Source: Escherichia phage vB_EcoM_G53. From it: a DNA stretch of 64,000 bases. The stretch is from sequence record MK327943.1. One strand, written 5' to 3'. Position 1 is the stretch's first letter; each line of letters starts with the position of its first letter. The notes beneath the pieces were generated by a model. That model made no database searches. It worked only from the letters and a program-made list of their open reading frames with translations, and had not been told where the DNA came from. Of the stretch, positions 43,312 through 53,536 are shown one piece after another. Position numbers and translations under genes: made by a program.

Positions 43312-43722
43312 CTACTTTTTCTTATGTTGGATATTCCAAGGCGGGTTGAACTTTTTGATAAAAAGTGGTTCTTCAAGGTCCATTGTTGCGATGGTCATTG
43401 AACCAAGTTCGTTGGTGACTGAAAGGTCAAAACATTGGCGGGCCCAGAATTCAACCTTTTTGCCTTGCATTAAGGCATCCAAAATCATAAGTGATTTTCT
43501 TGAATCTGAAGTCTGGTCTTTTCGATTTATGGCTGTTCGATAATAGTTAATGCGTTTCTTTAAATTCTTGGTTTTACCAATATACACGAGTTCGTCATCT
43601 ATAGCAATAGCATATATGACATTTTTCTTATTAGGGACATCAACTGTTTTAATTGTTGCATCTTCTAATAGCTCCAATTCTGTATATTTAATAAAGGAAT
43701 ATTCGGCGGCGATATCTTTCAT
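43312..43722 (-). CDS. denA: Endonuclease II (DenA)
   Basis: 136 aa, near-identical to T4 DenA as recalled. Confidence 0.85.
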   Translation of the reverse strand: MKDIAAEYSFIKYTELELLEDATIKTVDVPNKKNVIYAIAIDDELVYIGKTKNLKKRINYYRTAINRKDQTSDSRKSLMILDALMQGKKVEFWARQCFDLSVTNELGSMTIATMDLEEPLFIKKFNPPWNIQHKKK

Positions 43723-43730
43723 AATAAAGT

Positions 43731-43744
43731 GGGACCGAAGTCCC
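43731..43744 (-). promoter_or_regulatory. UUCG-loop hairpin (gggac-UUCG-gtccc) 9 nt upstream of denA ATG
   Basis: Perfect stem between nrdB stop and denA start; no U-tract; denA has no clear SD. Confidence 0.4.
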
Positions 43745-43748
43745 GTCC

Positions 43749-44927
43749 TTAGAAATATTTTTTGTATGAATTGATTACATTTTGGTCTACATCATTATCA
43801 ATTTGTGCGACAAGATAAGAACTGATTTCAACTTCCTGAGGAGCTGCTTGAACTAAATCAGAGTTCAGATATTCACGAATCCAAGGATACGGATGCTTGG
43901 TCGGAGCATCCGTAATTGGACATGGCAAACCACACTGTTTCATACGAGACACGGTCAAGTAATCAACAAAAGCACACATACTCTGCGTATTGATACCTGG
44001 ACATGTACCATCTTTAAAGAGGTGTGCAGCCCATTCCTTCTCTTGACTATTTACTTCCATAAAAATGTCAACTGCTTCTTGTTCACATTCTTTAGCAATT
44101 TGAACCCACTCATCACCGTCAGTACCAGATTGAAGTTGACGGATAATGTACTGAGTACCCTTGAGATGGAGTTGTTCGTCACGAGCAATGAACTTCATAA
44201 TCTTTGCATTGCCTTCCATAATTTCCATATTTTTATGGAAGTTAAAGGTACATGCAAATGATACGTAAAAACGAATAGCTTCCAAGGCGTTAATTACATG
44301 AAGGCAAAGATAAAGAGATTTCATTAGCTCACGCTTCCAATATGTCTCATGCTCAATAGCATCTTCAATAACGTCTTCGTCTGCATTAATTTCTTTTTGG
44401 TATTCGATATCGGCTTTAGCGTTTTCCCAATAACGAGTTTTAACCAGAACATCATCGTAATATTTACCTATTGATTCAGCTCGTTTCATGATTGCTTCGT
44501 CTAATACAATCTCATCAAATACTTTGGATGGATCGGTATAAAGATTTCGCATAATATGAGTGTACGAACGAGAGTGAATAGTTTCACTGAATGTCCATGT
44601 TGCAACCCACGTATCTAATGAAGGGTCGGAAATCAGTGCCATAAGTACCGCAGATGGGGCCCTGCCTTGGATAGAATCTAATAATGATTGATACTTAAGA
44701 TTGTTTGTAAAGATGTCCTGTTGGAACTGAGGAAGCTTATTGAACTGCGCAGAGTCCAACATCAAGTTTACCTCTTCTGGGCGCCAGAAAAATGACAATT
44801 GCTTTTCAATAAGTTCTTCAAAAACTTTATGTCGCTGAATATCATAACGTGCGAGGCCAAGACCAGAACCAAAGAACATTGGTTCATTCAAAACATCGAC
44901 TTGTTGTGTGTTAAAAACTGTACTCAT
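43749..44927 (-). CDS. nrdB: Ribonucleotide reductase small subunit NrdB (intron-less)
   Basis: 392 aa contiguous ORF; synteny. Confidence 0.9.
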   Translation of the reverse strand: MSTVFNTQQVDVLNEPMFFGSGLGLARYDIQRHKVFEELIEKQLSFFWRPEEVNLMLDSAQFNKLPQFQQDIFTNNLKYQSLLDSIQGRAPSAVLMALISDPSLDTWVATWTFSETIHSRSYTHIMRNLYTDPSKVFDEIVLDEAIMKRAESIGKYYDDVLVKTRYWENAKADIEYQKEINADEDVIEDAIEHETYWKRELMKSLYLCLHVINALEAIRFYVSFACTFNFHKNMEIMEGNAKIMKFIARDEQLHLKGTQYIIRQLQSGTDGDEWVQIAKECEQEAVDIFMEVNSQEKEWAAHLFKDGTCPGINTQSMCAFVDYLTVSRMKQCGLPCPITDAPTKHPYPWIREYLNSDLVQAAPQEVEISSYLVAQIDNDVDQNVINSYKKYF

Positions 44928-44982
44928 TATATTTTCTCACTTAGTTATTAACTCATCCATGAGTAAATTATAATCAAAAGTC

Positions 44983-47238
44983 TTAAAGCTTACAAGCAGA
45001 ACAATCTTCAGCTTTAGGTGTTTCTAATTCATAGTCATCTGTACCTGACCCATCACGAGTGTTATGATAGTAGAGGTTTTTTCCGCCAAAGTACCAGAAG
45101 TAAAGCAGATCGTCAAGCATTACCGACATTGGCACTTTACCTTTCTCAAATACTGCAGGGTCATAGTAAGTATTAGCAGAAGCAGATTGGCACACCCATT
45201 TCAACATGATAGCAACTTGGGTCAAATAAGGTTTATTACCTTTCTTAGCAAGTTTCCACGCGTAGTCGTAAAGACTCATGTTATGTTCTATATTAGGAAC
45301 AACCTGTCGGAAGTTGCCTTCTTTAGATTCTTTAATACTTACTGGACCGCGTGGGGGCTCAATCCCGTTTGTAGAGTTCGATACTTGACTGCTTGACTCA
45401 CAAGGCATGAGTGCAGACAACGTTGAGTTACGAATTCCATGTTCTTTGAGTTCAGCTCGAAGTTCTTCCCAATCACATACGTAGTTCGGGGCTGCGATTT
45501 GGTCAATCTTTTTATTGTACCAGTCGATAGGTAATTCGCCTCTAGACCATTTAGTGTCTGAATAATACTCGCAACATCCTTTTTCTTTGGCGAGTTTGAT
45601 TGAAGCTTTGATAAGGCCATATTGCAATCTCTCAAACAATTCATGAGTCAAATCGTTAGCGTCTTCATATGAAGCGAAGTTAGAAGCTAACCATGCAGCA
45701 TAGTTCGTAACACCAACACCAAGATTACGACGCTTTTTGGCTTTTAAAGCTTCTGGAACCGGATAATCTTGATAGTCTAACAGGTTATCAAGTGCACGTA
45801 CTTGTACTTCAGCAAGTTCATTAATTTTATCTTGGTCTTGCCAATCAAATTTATCTAACACGAATGCAGATAACGTGCATAAACCAATTTCAGCATCAGG
45901 ACCATTCACATCATTAGTTGGAATAGCGATTTCACAACATAAGTTACTCTGACGAATTGGAGCTTTTTCACGAATAAACGGAGTGTAGTTATTCGTGTTA
46001 TCAACAAACTGTGGATAAATTCGAGCAGTACCAGAGCGTTCAGTCATGAACAATTCAAAGAGTTCTAGTGCTTTGATTCTTTTCTTTCTGATTGTTGGGT
46101 CTTTTTCAGCTTTCTCATAAAGCTCACGGAATTTATCTTGATCTTCAAAGAACGAGTAGTATAGTTCGCCTGACATTTCGTGAGGGCTAAATAAAGTAAT
46201 ATAATCATTTTTACCAAGGCGTTCCATCATAAGGTCATTAATCTGAATTCCGTAGTCCATATGTCGAATACGGTTTTCATCCACGCCTTTGTTATTTTTC
46301 AGAACTAATAGGTTCTCTACTTCTAAGTGCCACATCGGATAATACGCTGTAGCAGCACCACCACGAATACCACCTTGAGAACAAGATTTTACTGCAGTTT
46401 GGAAATGTTTCCAGAATGGAATAACACCCGTATGTCGAACTTCACCCATACCGATCTTAGAACCTTCTGCACGAAGCATACCAACGTTGATACCAATACC
46501 AGCTCGTTTAGAAATATATTCAATAATTGATGCTGAAGTTTTGTTAATAGATTTTAACGAATCACCGGCTTCAATAACTACACAACTAGAGAATTGGCGA
46601 GTTGGAGTACGAGCACCTGCCATAATTGGGGTTGGCAATGAAACTTGATGAGTAGAAACGGCATCATAAAAACGAATAATATGTTTCAAACGGTCATGAG
46701 TTTCGTTTTGGTGTAAGGCCATGCCAATAGCCATGATAGCAAACTGGGGAGTTTCATAAATCTTCCCAGTTGTTTTATCTTTAACTAGATATTTTTCTTT
46801 AAGCTGCATAGCACCAGCATAAGTCAGGTCAAAGTCTCGTTCATGTTTAATCTGTGAATCGAGATAAATGATTTCTTCTGCTGAATATTGAGACAACAGC
46901 TCAGGGTCATATTTGCCTTCATTAACACAATAAGAAATATGGTCGATAAAAGCAGGCGGTTCAAACTGCCCATATACATCTTTACGAAGTGCAAACATTA
47001 GCCCTTTGGCGGCGACATACTGATAATCAGGTTCTTCGACAGAAATCGAGTTAGCTGCAACTTTAATACAAATCTTCTGGATATCTTTGGTGCTCATCCC
47101 GTCGACAAGATGGGTCTTAATTTCTTCGTACAATTCATATGGGTCAATTTGTGTTCCTTCACATTGCCAGGTCAGAACTTGGATAATTTTCTGTGCATCA
47201 AAATTTTGGGATACGCCACTGCTCTTAGTTACTTGCAT
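44983..47238 (-). CDS. nrdA: Ribonucleotide reductase large subunit NrdA
   Basis: 751 aa (T4 754); synteny. Confidence 0.95.
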   Translation of the reverse strand: MQVTKSSGVSQNFDAQKIIQVLTWQCEGTQIDPYELYEEIKTHLVDGMSTKDIQKICIKVAANSISVEEPDYQYVAAKGLMFALRKDVYGQFEPPAFIDHISYCVNEGKYDPELLSQYSAEEIIYLDSQIKHERDFDLTYAGAMQLKEKYLVKDKTTGKIYETPQFAIMAIGMALHQNETHDRLKHIIRFYDAVSTHQVSLPTPIMAGARTPTRQFSSCVVIEAGDSLKSINKTSASIIEYISKRAGIGINVGMLRAEGSKIGMGEVRHTGVIPFWKHFQTAVKSCSQGGIRGGAATAYYPMWHLEVENLLVLKNNKGVDENRIRHMDYGIQINDLMMERLGKNDYITLFSPHEMSGELYYSFFEDQDKFRELYEKAEKDPTIRKKRIKALELFELFMTERSGTARIYPQFVDNTNNYTPFIREKAPIRQSNLCCEIAIPTNDVNGPDAEIGLCTLSAFVLDKFDWQDQDKINELAEVQVRALDNLLDYQDYPVPEALKAKKRRNLGVGVTNYAAWLASNFASYEDANDLTHELFERLQYGLIKASIKLAKEKGCCEYYSDTKWSRGELPIDWYNKKIDQIAAPNYVCDWEELRAELKEHGIRNSTLSALMPCESSSQVSNSTNGIEPPRGPVSIKESKEGNFRQVVPNIEHNMSLYDYAWKLAKKGNKPYLTQVAIMLKWVCQSASANTYYDPAVFEKGKVPMSVMLDDLLYFWYFGGKNLYYHNTRDGSGTDDYELETPKAEDCSACKL

Positions 47239-47534
47239 ATGTCCTCTATATTAAATTCGTCTTTAAAAAGTTTATTAACCACTAGAGCTATTATATCACC
47301 ATGACAGGCTTTTGGTTTACATGTGCATCCCAGACGCATACCACGTAAAGGTTCTAGATGAGCTTTTGTGATTTCTCCACACTTAATTCTCTTAATAAAA
47401 TCCTTTTTGAAAAGCTCAATAGCTTCTTCTCGGGAAGAGGCATCCTTGCCTACATAATTTCCCCAGAATGTGCCACGATGAATATTAACATCAAAATCGG
47501 ATTTATATTTATTCACAACGCGGCACATTTTCAT
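47229..47534 (-). CDS. Hypothetical protein (nrdA.1 position)
   Basis: 101-aa ORF, ATG start. Confidence 0.45.
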   Translation of the reverse strand: MKMCRVVNKYKSDFDVNIHRGTFWGNYVGKDASSREEAIELFKKDFIKRIKCGEITKAHLEPLRGMRLGCTCKPKACHGDIIALVVNKLFKDEFNIEDICK

Positions 47535-47788
47535 TACATGTCCTCTGCAATAATTTCTTCGTATTCTTTAGGAGTCAAGACCGTGATATTAAAATAAACC
47601 AACGGTTCTTTTTCTATACCGAATCCACCACAGAATTCACGATATTCATAAATTCGTTCATGTGAATAACAAATGAATCGTTCACCTTTAACTGTGATTT
47701 CACTATTTGGTGAAGGGATATCCAGTTCACTTGGATTTTTCATTTCAAAAATTGTGGTGCCATATGAATTAATAAAACGTAAAATCAT
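47534..47788 (-). CDS. Hypothetical protein
   Basis: 84 aa from ATG one nt after td stop; track version (to 47956) starts at GTG inside td. Confidence 0.4.
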   Translation of the reverse strand: MILRFINSYGTTIFEMKNPSELDIPSPNSEITVKGERFICYSHERIYEYREFCGGFGIEKEPLVYFNITVLTPKEYEEIIAEDM

Positions 47789-47789
47789 T

Positions 47790-48650
47790 TTATACCGCCA
47801 TTTTAGCTTTGATAGCTGGATGAGATTCGTAATTTTTAAGAACGAAATCAGAATGTGCCATCGTTCCAGTAACCCAGTCCATTTGGATTTTTGTAGGCCA
47901 ATTCTCAAAATTACTAGGCCAATTAATTTCAAGAGAACATAACTCTTTAGGTTCACGACGAAGAACTTCTTTGCATTGTTCTATATGATTGCTGTAGATA
48001 TGCGTGTTGCCGCCTGAGAACACTAAATCACCTGGGATAAGGTTACACATCTTCGCTACAATATGCGTCAAGGCAGCGTACGAGGCAATGTTGAACGGCA
48101 GGCCCAAGAAAACATCTACACTGCGTTGATACCATTGTAAATCAAGATGCCCATTACGCACATTAAATTGATAGAACATATGACAAGGAGGAAGAGCCAT
48201 TTGGTCAATTTCGGCTGGGTTCCATGCAGAAACTATTTGACGACGATCATTAGGAAGAGCTTTAATACGGTCGATAGTTTTGTCCAATTGGTCTACACCA
48301 CCAAAATCACGCCATTGCTTACCATAAATAGGACCAAGTTCGCCGCTATGATACCCAAGGTCTTTTGCCTGATTTTCATAGTTGTCGTCCCAAATAGTTT
48401 TACCTTGAATAAGACTACCATGAGTACGAATACGCAAATCATTAACATTGGTAGAACCAGACATGAACCACAGTAACTCGGCAATACAAGCTTTCCACGC
48501 TAATTTCTTAGTTGTTACCGCAGGGAATCCTTTAGTCAGATCCCAACGTAATTTAGTTCCGAACAGGGCAATTGTTCCTGTGCCTGTACGGTCGTCTGTT
48601 TCGTAGCCATTTTCTAGGATATCATTAATCAGGTATTGGTATTGTTTCAT
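47790..48650 (-). CDS. td: Thymidylate synthase Td (intron-less)
   Basis: 286 aa contiguous ORF, same length as spliced T4 Td. Confidence 0.95.
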   Translation of the reverse strand: MKQYQYLINDILENGYETDDRTGTGTIALFGTKLRWDLTKGFPAVTTKKLAWKACIAELLWFMSGSTNVNDLRIRTHGSLIQGKTIWDDNYENQAKDLGYHSGELGPIYGKQWRDFGGVDQLDKTIDRIKALPNDRRQIVSAWNPAEIDQMALPPCHMFYQFNVRNGHLDLQWYQRSVDVFLGLPFNIASYAALTHIVAKMCNLIPGDLVFSGGNTHIYSNHIEQCKEVLRREPKELCSLEINWPSNFENWPTKIQMDWVTGTMAHSDFVLKNYESHPAIKAKMAV

Positions 48651-49234
48651 TTATAAACGCTCTCAGTAATTTCGGTGAGTTCATCGATTCTGTAGTAATG
48701 AGATTCTACCATAGAACGTTGAAGCATAATATCTTGGACGAAATCTTTATCAAGTTGAACATCGGAATTAACACGACATTTCTTAATGATTTTAGTCATC
48801 ACGATTTCATCGGCATAAGGCAGTGCTTGTTTTAATAAAGCAGGACCGCCGATAACAGATACATTAACATGTTCAGTAGAAAGTTTAAACGGTACATCAG
48901 TTGCAGGGCTAAACAGGTTAATTTCACCACCTGTTACCAAGGTAATAAATTCAGATTGGGTGATATAGAACCGTGCAAGTTCATCAGTTTTAGTCCTAGG
49001 CAGTTTTCTGGCCATATCAGTGACAACCACATGAGTACGATCTGGGAGTAGACGAGGTAATGATGCAAAAGTCTTAGCACCCATAACCATTACAGTGTTT
49101 TTAGTGCGAGCAACAAAGTTACTCATATCTTGTTTGATATGCTTCCATGGAAGTCCATCACCTAATCCAAAAGCATATTCCAGTTTATCATCAACTGTTT
49201 TAGATGGTGCGCATGCGAATACTAATTTAAGCAT
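48647..49234 (-). CDS. frd: Dihydrofolate reductase Frd
   Basis: 195 aa (T4 193); synteny. Confidence 0.85.
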   Translation of the reverse strand: MLKLVFACAPSKTVDDKLEYAFGLGDGLPWKHIKQDMSNFVARTKNTVMVMGAKTFASLPRLLPDRTHVVVTDMARKLPRTKTDELARFYITQSEFITLVTGGEINLFSPATDVPFKLSTEHVNVSVIGGPALLKQALPYADEIVMTKIIKKCRVNSDVQLDKDFVQDIMLQRSMVESHYYRIDELTEITESVYK

Positions 49235-49475
49235 TTTTAAGTCCTTTAATAACTTTTTGGATTTGTGATTTAGACGAAACTAGTTCTGTCTGAATTTCCA
49301 AACCATCGGTTTGGTCAAATGTTGTAACACAAACACGGGGTTTTGTTGTGTATCGCCCAGACAAATCAAATGCGTCACCAATGAATTCGGCTAAATCCGG
49401 ATGGTCTAAATTAACTGAAGTATAAACTTCATATCCTACATCAGTGCCTTGAGAGTATTCAACAACAACATTCAT
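49227..49475 (-). CDS. Hypothetical protein
   Basis: 82-aa ORF, ATG start. Confidence 0.4.
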   Translation of the reverse strand: MNVVVEYSQGTDVGYEVYTSVNLDHPDLAEFIGDAFDLSGRYTTKPRVCVTTFDQTDGLEIQTELVSSKSQIQKVIKGLKNA

Positions 49476-49477
49476 AA

Positions 49478-49726
49478 TTATTTCCTCAGATTTTTCTTAA
49501 CAACTTTCCAATCAGCTTTAAACGATTCAACATCAGAGTGGTGAATCCAGAATCCTGCACTTTCACCATCTTCGTAGAGTGGACATCCATCACATTCTTC
49601 GTTCCAACCAATTTCACGTAAAGCTTCTTCAGCTTGTTCAAGGAGTTCAGCGTCTTTACCGACGATGTTGAAGTACCATTTACCTCTAACTTCAGAATCT
49701 TTGATGCTCTGTCGTTGCAATCTCAT
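49478..49726 (-). CDS. Hypothetical protein
   Basis: 82 aa from ATG with SD aaggag; track start at 49789 is GTG inside the promoter. Confidence 0.4.
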   Translation of the reverse strand: MRLQRQSIKDSEVRGKWYFNIVGKDAELLEQAEEALREIGWNEECDGCPLYEDGESAGFWIHHSDVESFKADWKVVKKNLRK

Positions 49727-49759
49727 TTTATTCTCCTTCACTTTTGATTTGATAGGGCT

Positions 49760-49788
49760 ACTATAACATAACCCTATCTGATTGTACA
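49760..49788 (-). promoter_or_regulatory. Early-promoter-like element TGTACA-N17-TATAGT
   Basis: Hexamers with 17-bp spacer, about 35 nt upstream of ATG at 49726. Confidence 0.4.
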
Positions 49789-50181
49789 CTACTTTTTAAA
49801 AGTTTTTTGCAAAAGTTCGATGATTTCGTCGACGTTGGTTTCATCTACGATACAATGTATTTTTGTTACACCTAAAGTTATACCTTCGTTAGTAGGTTGA
49901 GGCTTTACTAAATCTACCTCAGTAAAGTATTTGAACTCGTCAGGATAAATCTCAAAATAAGTTTCAATTTCACCACCGCCAGAACATACAGTACCATCTT
50001 CCATAGTTACACTTACTACGTTTGACGTATCGCTATCATAATCAGGTTCCATTCCGTTTACAACAAAACTAGGCCCGTGGAGTTCAATCAATTTTAACAT
50101 CTTAGCGTTATTGTGTGGTGCTTCTTGAACAAAGTCATCTTTAAATAAAGGGTTAATGATATAAGATTTTCCGATTTCCAT
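49789..50181 (-). CDS. Hypothetical protein
   Basis: 130-aa ORF with promoter motif and SD upstream. Confidence 0.45.
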   Translation of the reverse strand: MEIGKSYIINPLFKDDFVQEAPHNNAKMLKLIELHGPSFVVNGMEPDYDSDTSNVVSVTMEDGTVCSGGGEIETYFEIYPDEFKYFTEVDLVKPQPTNEGITLGVTKIHCIVDETNVDEIIELLQKTFKK

Positions 50182-50210
50182 TTTGATTTCCTCATGTTGT
50201 TGATAGGTCT

Positions 50211-50239
50211 ATACTAACACATCCAGGGAAGAAGTAAAC
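50211..50239 (-). promoter_or_regulatory. Early promoter GTTTAC-N17-TAGTAT
   Basis: Hexamers with 17-bp spacer upstream of ORF 49789-50181. Confidence 0.45.
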
Positions 50240-50270
50240 AACTTTTTCGGCAATTTACAGATACTCAAAA

Positions 50271-50288
50271 GGGAGACCGAAGTCTCCC
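50271..50288 (-). terminator. Gene 32 terminator: gggagac-UUCG-gtctccc plus U-tract
   Basis: Perfect hairpin about 7 nt past gp32 stop, then TTTTGAG on minus sense. Confidence 0.65.
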
Positions 50289-50294
50289 AATTTA

Positions 50295-51197
50295 TTATAA
50301 ACCAGCTAACAGGTCATCGAGGTCGCCATCATCAGAGGATGAGGTAGAGCTCATGAAGTCATCTTCAGTTTTTGCAGAACTAAAGGCTTCCATGTCTTTA
50401 TCAAAATCGTCAAGGTCAGAAGCAACTTTATCTGCAACAGAAGCTGCTGCGGCTGCTGCACCACCAAGAGCGGCAGTACCAAGAACCTTAGCGAAAGATT
50501 CATTTAATTTTTCAAAGGATTTGAACTGGTCTTTAGCCGTCAAAGTAGTAAGGTCTACCATCTGGTCATATAGTTCTTTCTGGAATGCTTCATCATTAAT
50601 ACGAGGAATTTCAGATTGACCCAAGAATTTAGATTCGTCATAGTTGCTAAAACCGGAAACCTGCTTAGCTTTCAGAACGAAGTTGGCACCTTCAAACGGA
50701 CAAGTAACATCAACTGGAGTTTCACCCATTTCGGTATCAACAGCAATCATTGCATTGATTTTGTCCCAAATCTTTTTACCGAAACGATATTTAAATACTT
50801 TACCTTCGTTATCTGGAGCTTGAGGGTCTTTAACAACCAGAATATTAGCCCAATAAGAAGTTTTACGTTTCAGTTGAGAATATTCATTTTTGTTGGTATT
50901 GTACAGGTCATTTTTACTAATGTACTGACATACAGGACAAGAGTCGTAATCGCCGTGTGTAGAAGAGCAATTTTCAATATACCATTTACCATTTTTCTTG
51001 AAACCGTGGTTAACAAGAATTGCAAATGGTAGTGCATCATCAGTTTTTGCTGGCAAGAAACGAATTACCGCTTGACCATTACCTGATGCATCTAGCTTCA
51101 GCTTCCATTCGCCTTTATCTTCTGAAGAGAAACCTTTGTTACCGTTCAGTTTAGCCATTTGAGCAGCGAGGTCAGCAGTAGATTTACGTTTAAACAT
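50295..51197 (-). CDS. 32: Single-stranded DNA-binding protein gp32
   Basis: 300 aa (T4 301); acidic Ser/Asp-rich C-terminus; synteny. Confidence 0.95.
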   Translation of the reverse strand: MFKRKSTADLAAQMAKLNGNKGFSSEDKGEWKLKLDASGNGQAVIRFLPAKTDDALPFAILVNHGFKKNGKWYIENCSSTHGDYDSCPVCQYISKNDLYNTNKNEYSQLKRKTSYWANILVVKDPQAPDNEGKVFKYRFGKKIWDKINAMIAVDTEMGETPVDVTCPFEGANFVLKAKQVSGFSNYDESKFLGQSEIPRINDEAFQKELYDQMVDLTTLTAKDQFKSFEKLNESFAKVLGTAALGGAAAAAASVADKVASDLDDFDKDMEAFSSAKTEDDFMSSTSSSDDGDLDDLLAGL

Positions 51198-51290
51198 TAT
51201 ATTTACCTTTATTTAGATTATTTAATTTATTTACAGTTGGTTGCTACGACACTTATACCTCGTAGCTGGTATGATTTATTTATAAAGTAA
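51198..51290 (-). promoter_or_regulatory. Gene 32 leader: AU-rich operator, stem (gctacg/cgtagc) and late promoter TATAAATA
   Basis: AU-rich run with UAAAU-like repeats before the AUG; 6-bp stem at 51243-51266; TATAAATA on minus at 51277-51284. Confidence 0.45.
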
Positions 51291-51313
51291 TTTTAACACA
51301 CAAGAAATAAAGC

Positions 51314-51967
51314 TTAATACTTACATGATTTGATTGTTTCTATGAACAATTTCTTAGCAGCATTTCCATCGATTTGAAGTATTTTTCGATATGCCTTTAA
51401 TTTGGTAGAATAATTTTGCCAGACTAAGTTATCGGTGAGTTCGTCGTGCTTATCTATAATATTCAAAAATGAGTCCAACAATAAGAAAGTTTCAAATGAA
51501 ATTATATTGCTTTGTAGCAATTTAAATATGTAGCTCGACTGAACGTTGTTATTATAATCAAATATCTCTTGAAGCGCACTAACTTCAACTTTCTTACTGA
51601 AATAGTAGATGTTACGTACGTCTTCAGCAAACGTCTCCTTGGCTTGTTTGAGACGTCCAATATATTCCCTATAGAAAACTAATGCATCAGCGTCTGATAT
51701 CTCACCAATCCATGCGTCTTGGTTAGCAACTAAGTTGCTTATGAATATCAAGGTGAGTTCCTTCAATTTATATTTCTCTGCTAGTTTTTCAAAGAAATAT
51801 TTATCTCGGCGTTTTTGATACGCATTATCCGAAACACGCATGCACCAGTTATATTTGATTACATCATACCGACCACCAAAGTGGTTTTTGCACATCAAGT
51901 ATAGTTTATATACTGATTTACCGTTAATATAACGTTCTCCGTCAGGAGGCATGCGTATTTTAATCAT
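51314..51967 (-). CDS. 59: Helicase loader gp59
   Basis: 217 aa, near-identical to T4 gp59 as recalled. Confidence 0.9.
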   Translation of the reverse strand: MIKIRMPPDGERYINGKSVYKLYLMCKNHFGGRYDVIKYNWCMRVSDNAYQKRRDKYFFEKLAEKYKLKELTLIFISNLVANQDAWIGEISDADALVFYREYIGRLKQAKETFAEDVRNIYYFSKKVEVSALQEIFDYNNNVQSSYIFKLLQSNIISFETFLLLDSFLNIIDKHDELTDNLVWQNYSTKLKAYRKILQIDGNAAKKLFIETIKSCKY

Positions 51968-52302
51968 AATAAGAAATCTAACGTATTAGTTTTTTCACCA
52001 CGAGCAACTGATGGGCGAAGCATGTTTTCGTCAATTGCTTCGCTTGTAATTTTTTCAACAATTCCTGTAGGAATAAATTTAGCAAATTGTGTTTCTGGAA
52101 TAGAATTTTCTTCCAAGAAAGCAGTTGTTGCTTCTAAATAAGACATACCAAATTGTTCAACCATGGATTCGATAATGAATCCGTTTTCTTGTCGGTCAAG
52201 CAATTTAGCGATATCATCTTTATCGTGTTTTACTGCTAATTCTTGTTCAGATAAACCGGCCTCATCAACCGGTTTAATATCACTTAGTGAAAACTGTGTC
52301 AT
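51964..52302 (-). CDS. 33: Late transcription co-activator gp33
   Basis: 112 aa as T4 gp33; high similarity. Confidence 0.85.
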   Translation of the reverse strand: MTQFSLSDIKPVDEAGLSEQELAVKHDKDDIAKLLDRQENGFIIESMVEQFGMSYLEATTAFLEENSIPETQFAKFIPTGIVEKITSEAIDENMLRPSVARGEKTNTLDFLL

Positions 52303-52567
52303 AAAGCTCGACTACCTCTTCGTTTTCAGCTTCAAATTGGTCACGAGCGTCTTTATGATAAAGAGCTAACAAACGATTAAACATTTTTCCATCGACACCA
52401 AGCTCTTCTTTAGCACGAGTACGAATGTCTTTAATCAGTTCATTATAACCAGAAATTTTAAGTTTGTTATCGGAAGCTTCCTTGACTAGTTTAGCCAGTT
52501 CTTCACCATGCACATCTTGATTAAATTCAACTGCTTCTTTCTTAGCCATGTTTACCTCAGAATTCAT
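52280..52567 (-). CDS. dsbA: DsbA (dsDNA-binding protein A)
   Basis: 95-aa ORF between gene 33 and rnh, as in T4. Confidence 0.6.
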   Translation of the reverse strand: MNSEVNMAKKEAVEFNQDVHGEELAKLVKEASDNKLKISGYNELIKDIRTRAKEELGVDGKMFNRLLALYHKDARDQFEAENEEVVELYDTVFTK

Positions 52568-53474
52568 TAATTACACTTGTTAATTTAGAAAGACCAGATT
52601 TTACAAAGTATGAATAAATCTTGCCTTTAGGTTGTTGTTTATATGAGTTATAATACTCTATAATGGTTGAAGCAATATTATCAGGGATATAATCAAAATC
52701 AATGAGAACCAAATTTTCTTGATACCGTTTATATTCTTCAGCACTTAATAATACTTCAGCTTGAGAACGGTCATTGGCAATTGCTTCAATAATCGATGTT
52801 TTCATACTCGGAGTTCGTTCACCATCAACTCTGGTAAACCAGAAGTCGCCACGAACTCGAACAGATGCAACACCATCCTTACGATCACCTTTAAGAATTT
52901 TAGTCATGCAATCAATTTCAGCAGAACCATTCTTAATTTTAACCCATTTTTTCTGTGGTGGCGACCACTGTTTAACGTTAGGATATTTGTGTAATTGTGT
53001 AAAGTCACCATCTGATGCAACAATACATACTTTATGTCCAGCTAATGACAAATATTTAGTTAATACACCAATATGGTCATCCGCTTCATACTTGTCAATA
53101 TCCATTACAATGTATGGCATGTATTTCTTAATCTCATCAACAACTTGATGGAGCGCAGTAAAATATCCTTCCCAATCCCACTTTGAAGCTTCACGATCGG
53201 TTTTACGATTTTTCTTGTAATAATACGCAAAGTCACGACGCCAATAACCTGAAGTAGCATTATCCATACACAATACAAATTTTGTATAGCCTTGCTTACG
53301 GAACATCACTACGTTTTTACGAATTGAATTCAAGATTACATGTCGAACCATTGGAACAGTAATTTTATCACCGTCTTCAAAGTTGTTTAATGCGGCTGCC
53401 AACGCAATGTTACTAAAGTCGGCAAGTGCAATACCTTCTTTGTAATCTTCATCCAACATCATTTCTAAATCCAT
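52557..53474 (-). CDS. rnh: RNase H (5'-3' exonuclease, FEN-like)
   Basis: 305 aa as T4 RNase H; synteny. Confidence 0.9.
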   Translation of the reverse strand: MDLEMMLDEDYKEGIALADFSNIALAAALNNFEDGDKITVPMVRHVILNSIRKNVVMFRKQGYTKFVLCMDNATSGYWRRDFAYYYKKNRKTDREASKWDWEGYFTALHQVVDEIKKYMPYIVMDIDKYEADDHIGVLTKYLSLAGHKVCIVASDGDFTQLHKYPNVKQWSPPQKKWVKIKNGSAEIDCMTKILKGDRKDGVASVRVRGDFWFTRVDGERTPSMKTSIIEAIANDRSQAEVLLSAEEYKRYQENLVLIDFDYIPDNIASTIIEYYNSYKQQPKGKIYSYFVKSGLSKLTSVINEF

Positions 53475-53506
53475 ATGAACCTCTTGTTCAGTTAGTCAAC
53501 TTGTCT

Positions 53507-53536
53507 ATAGTAACACACTCATTTGAAAGCGTAAAC
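53507..53536 (-). promoter_or_regulatory. Early promoter GTTTAC-N18-TACTAT for rnh
   Basis: Hexamers about 33 nt upstream of rnh ATG. Confidence 0.45.
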
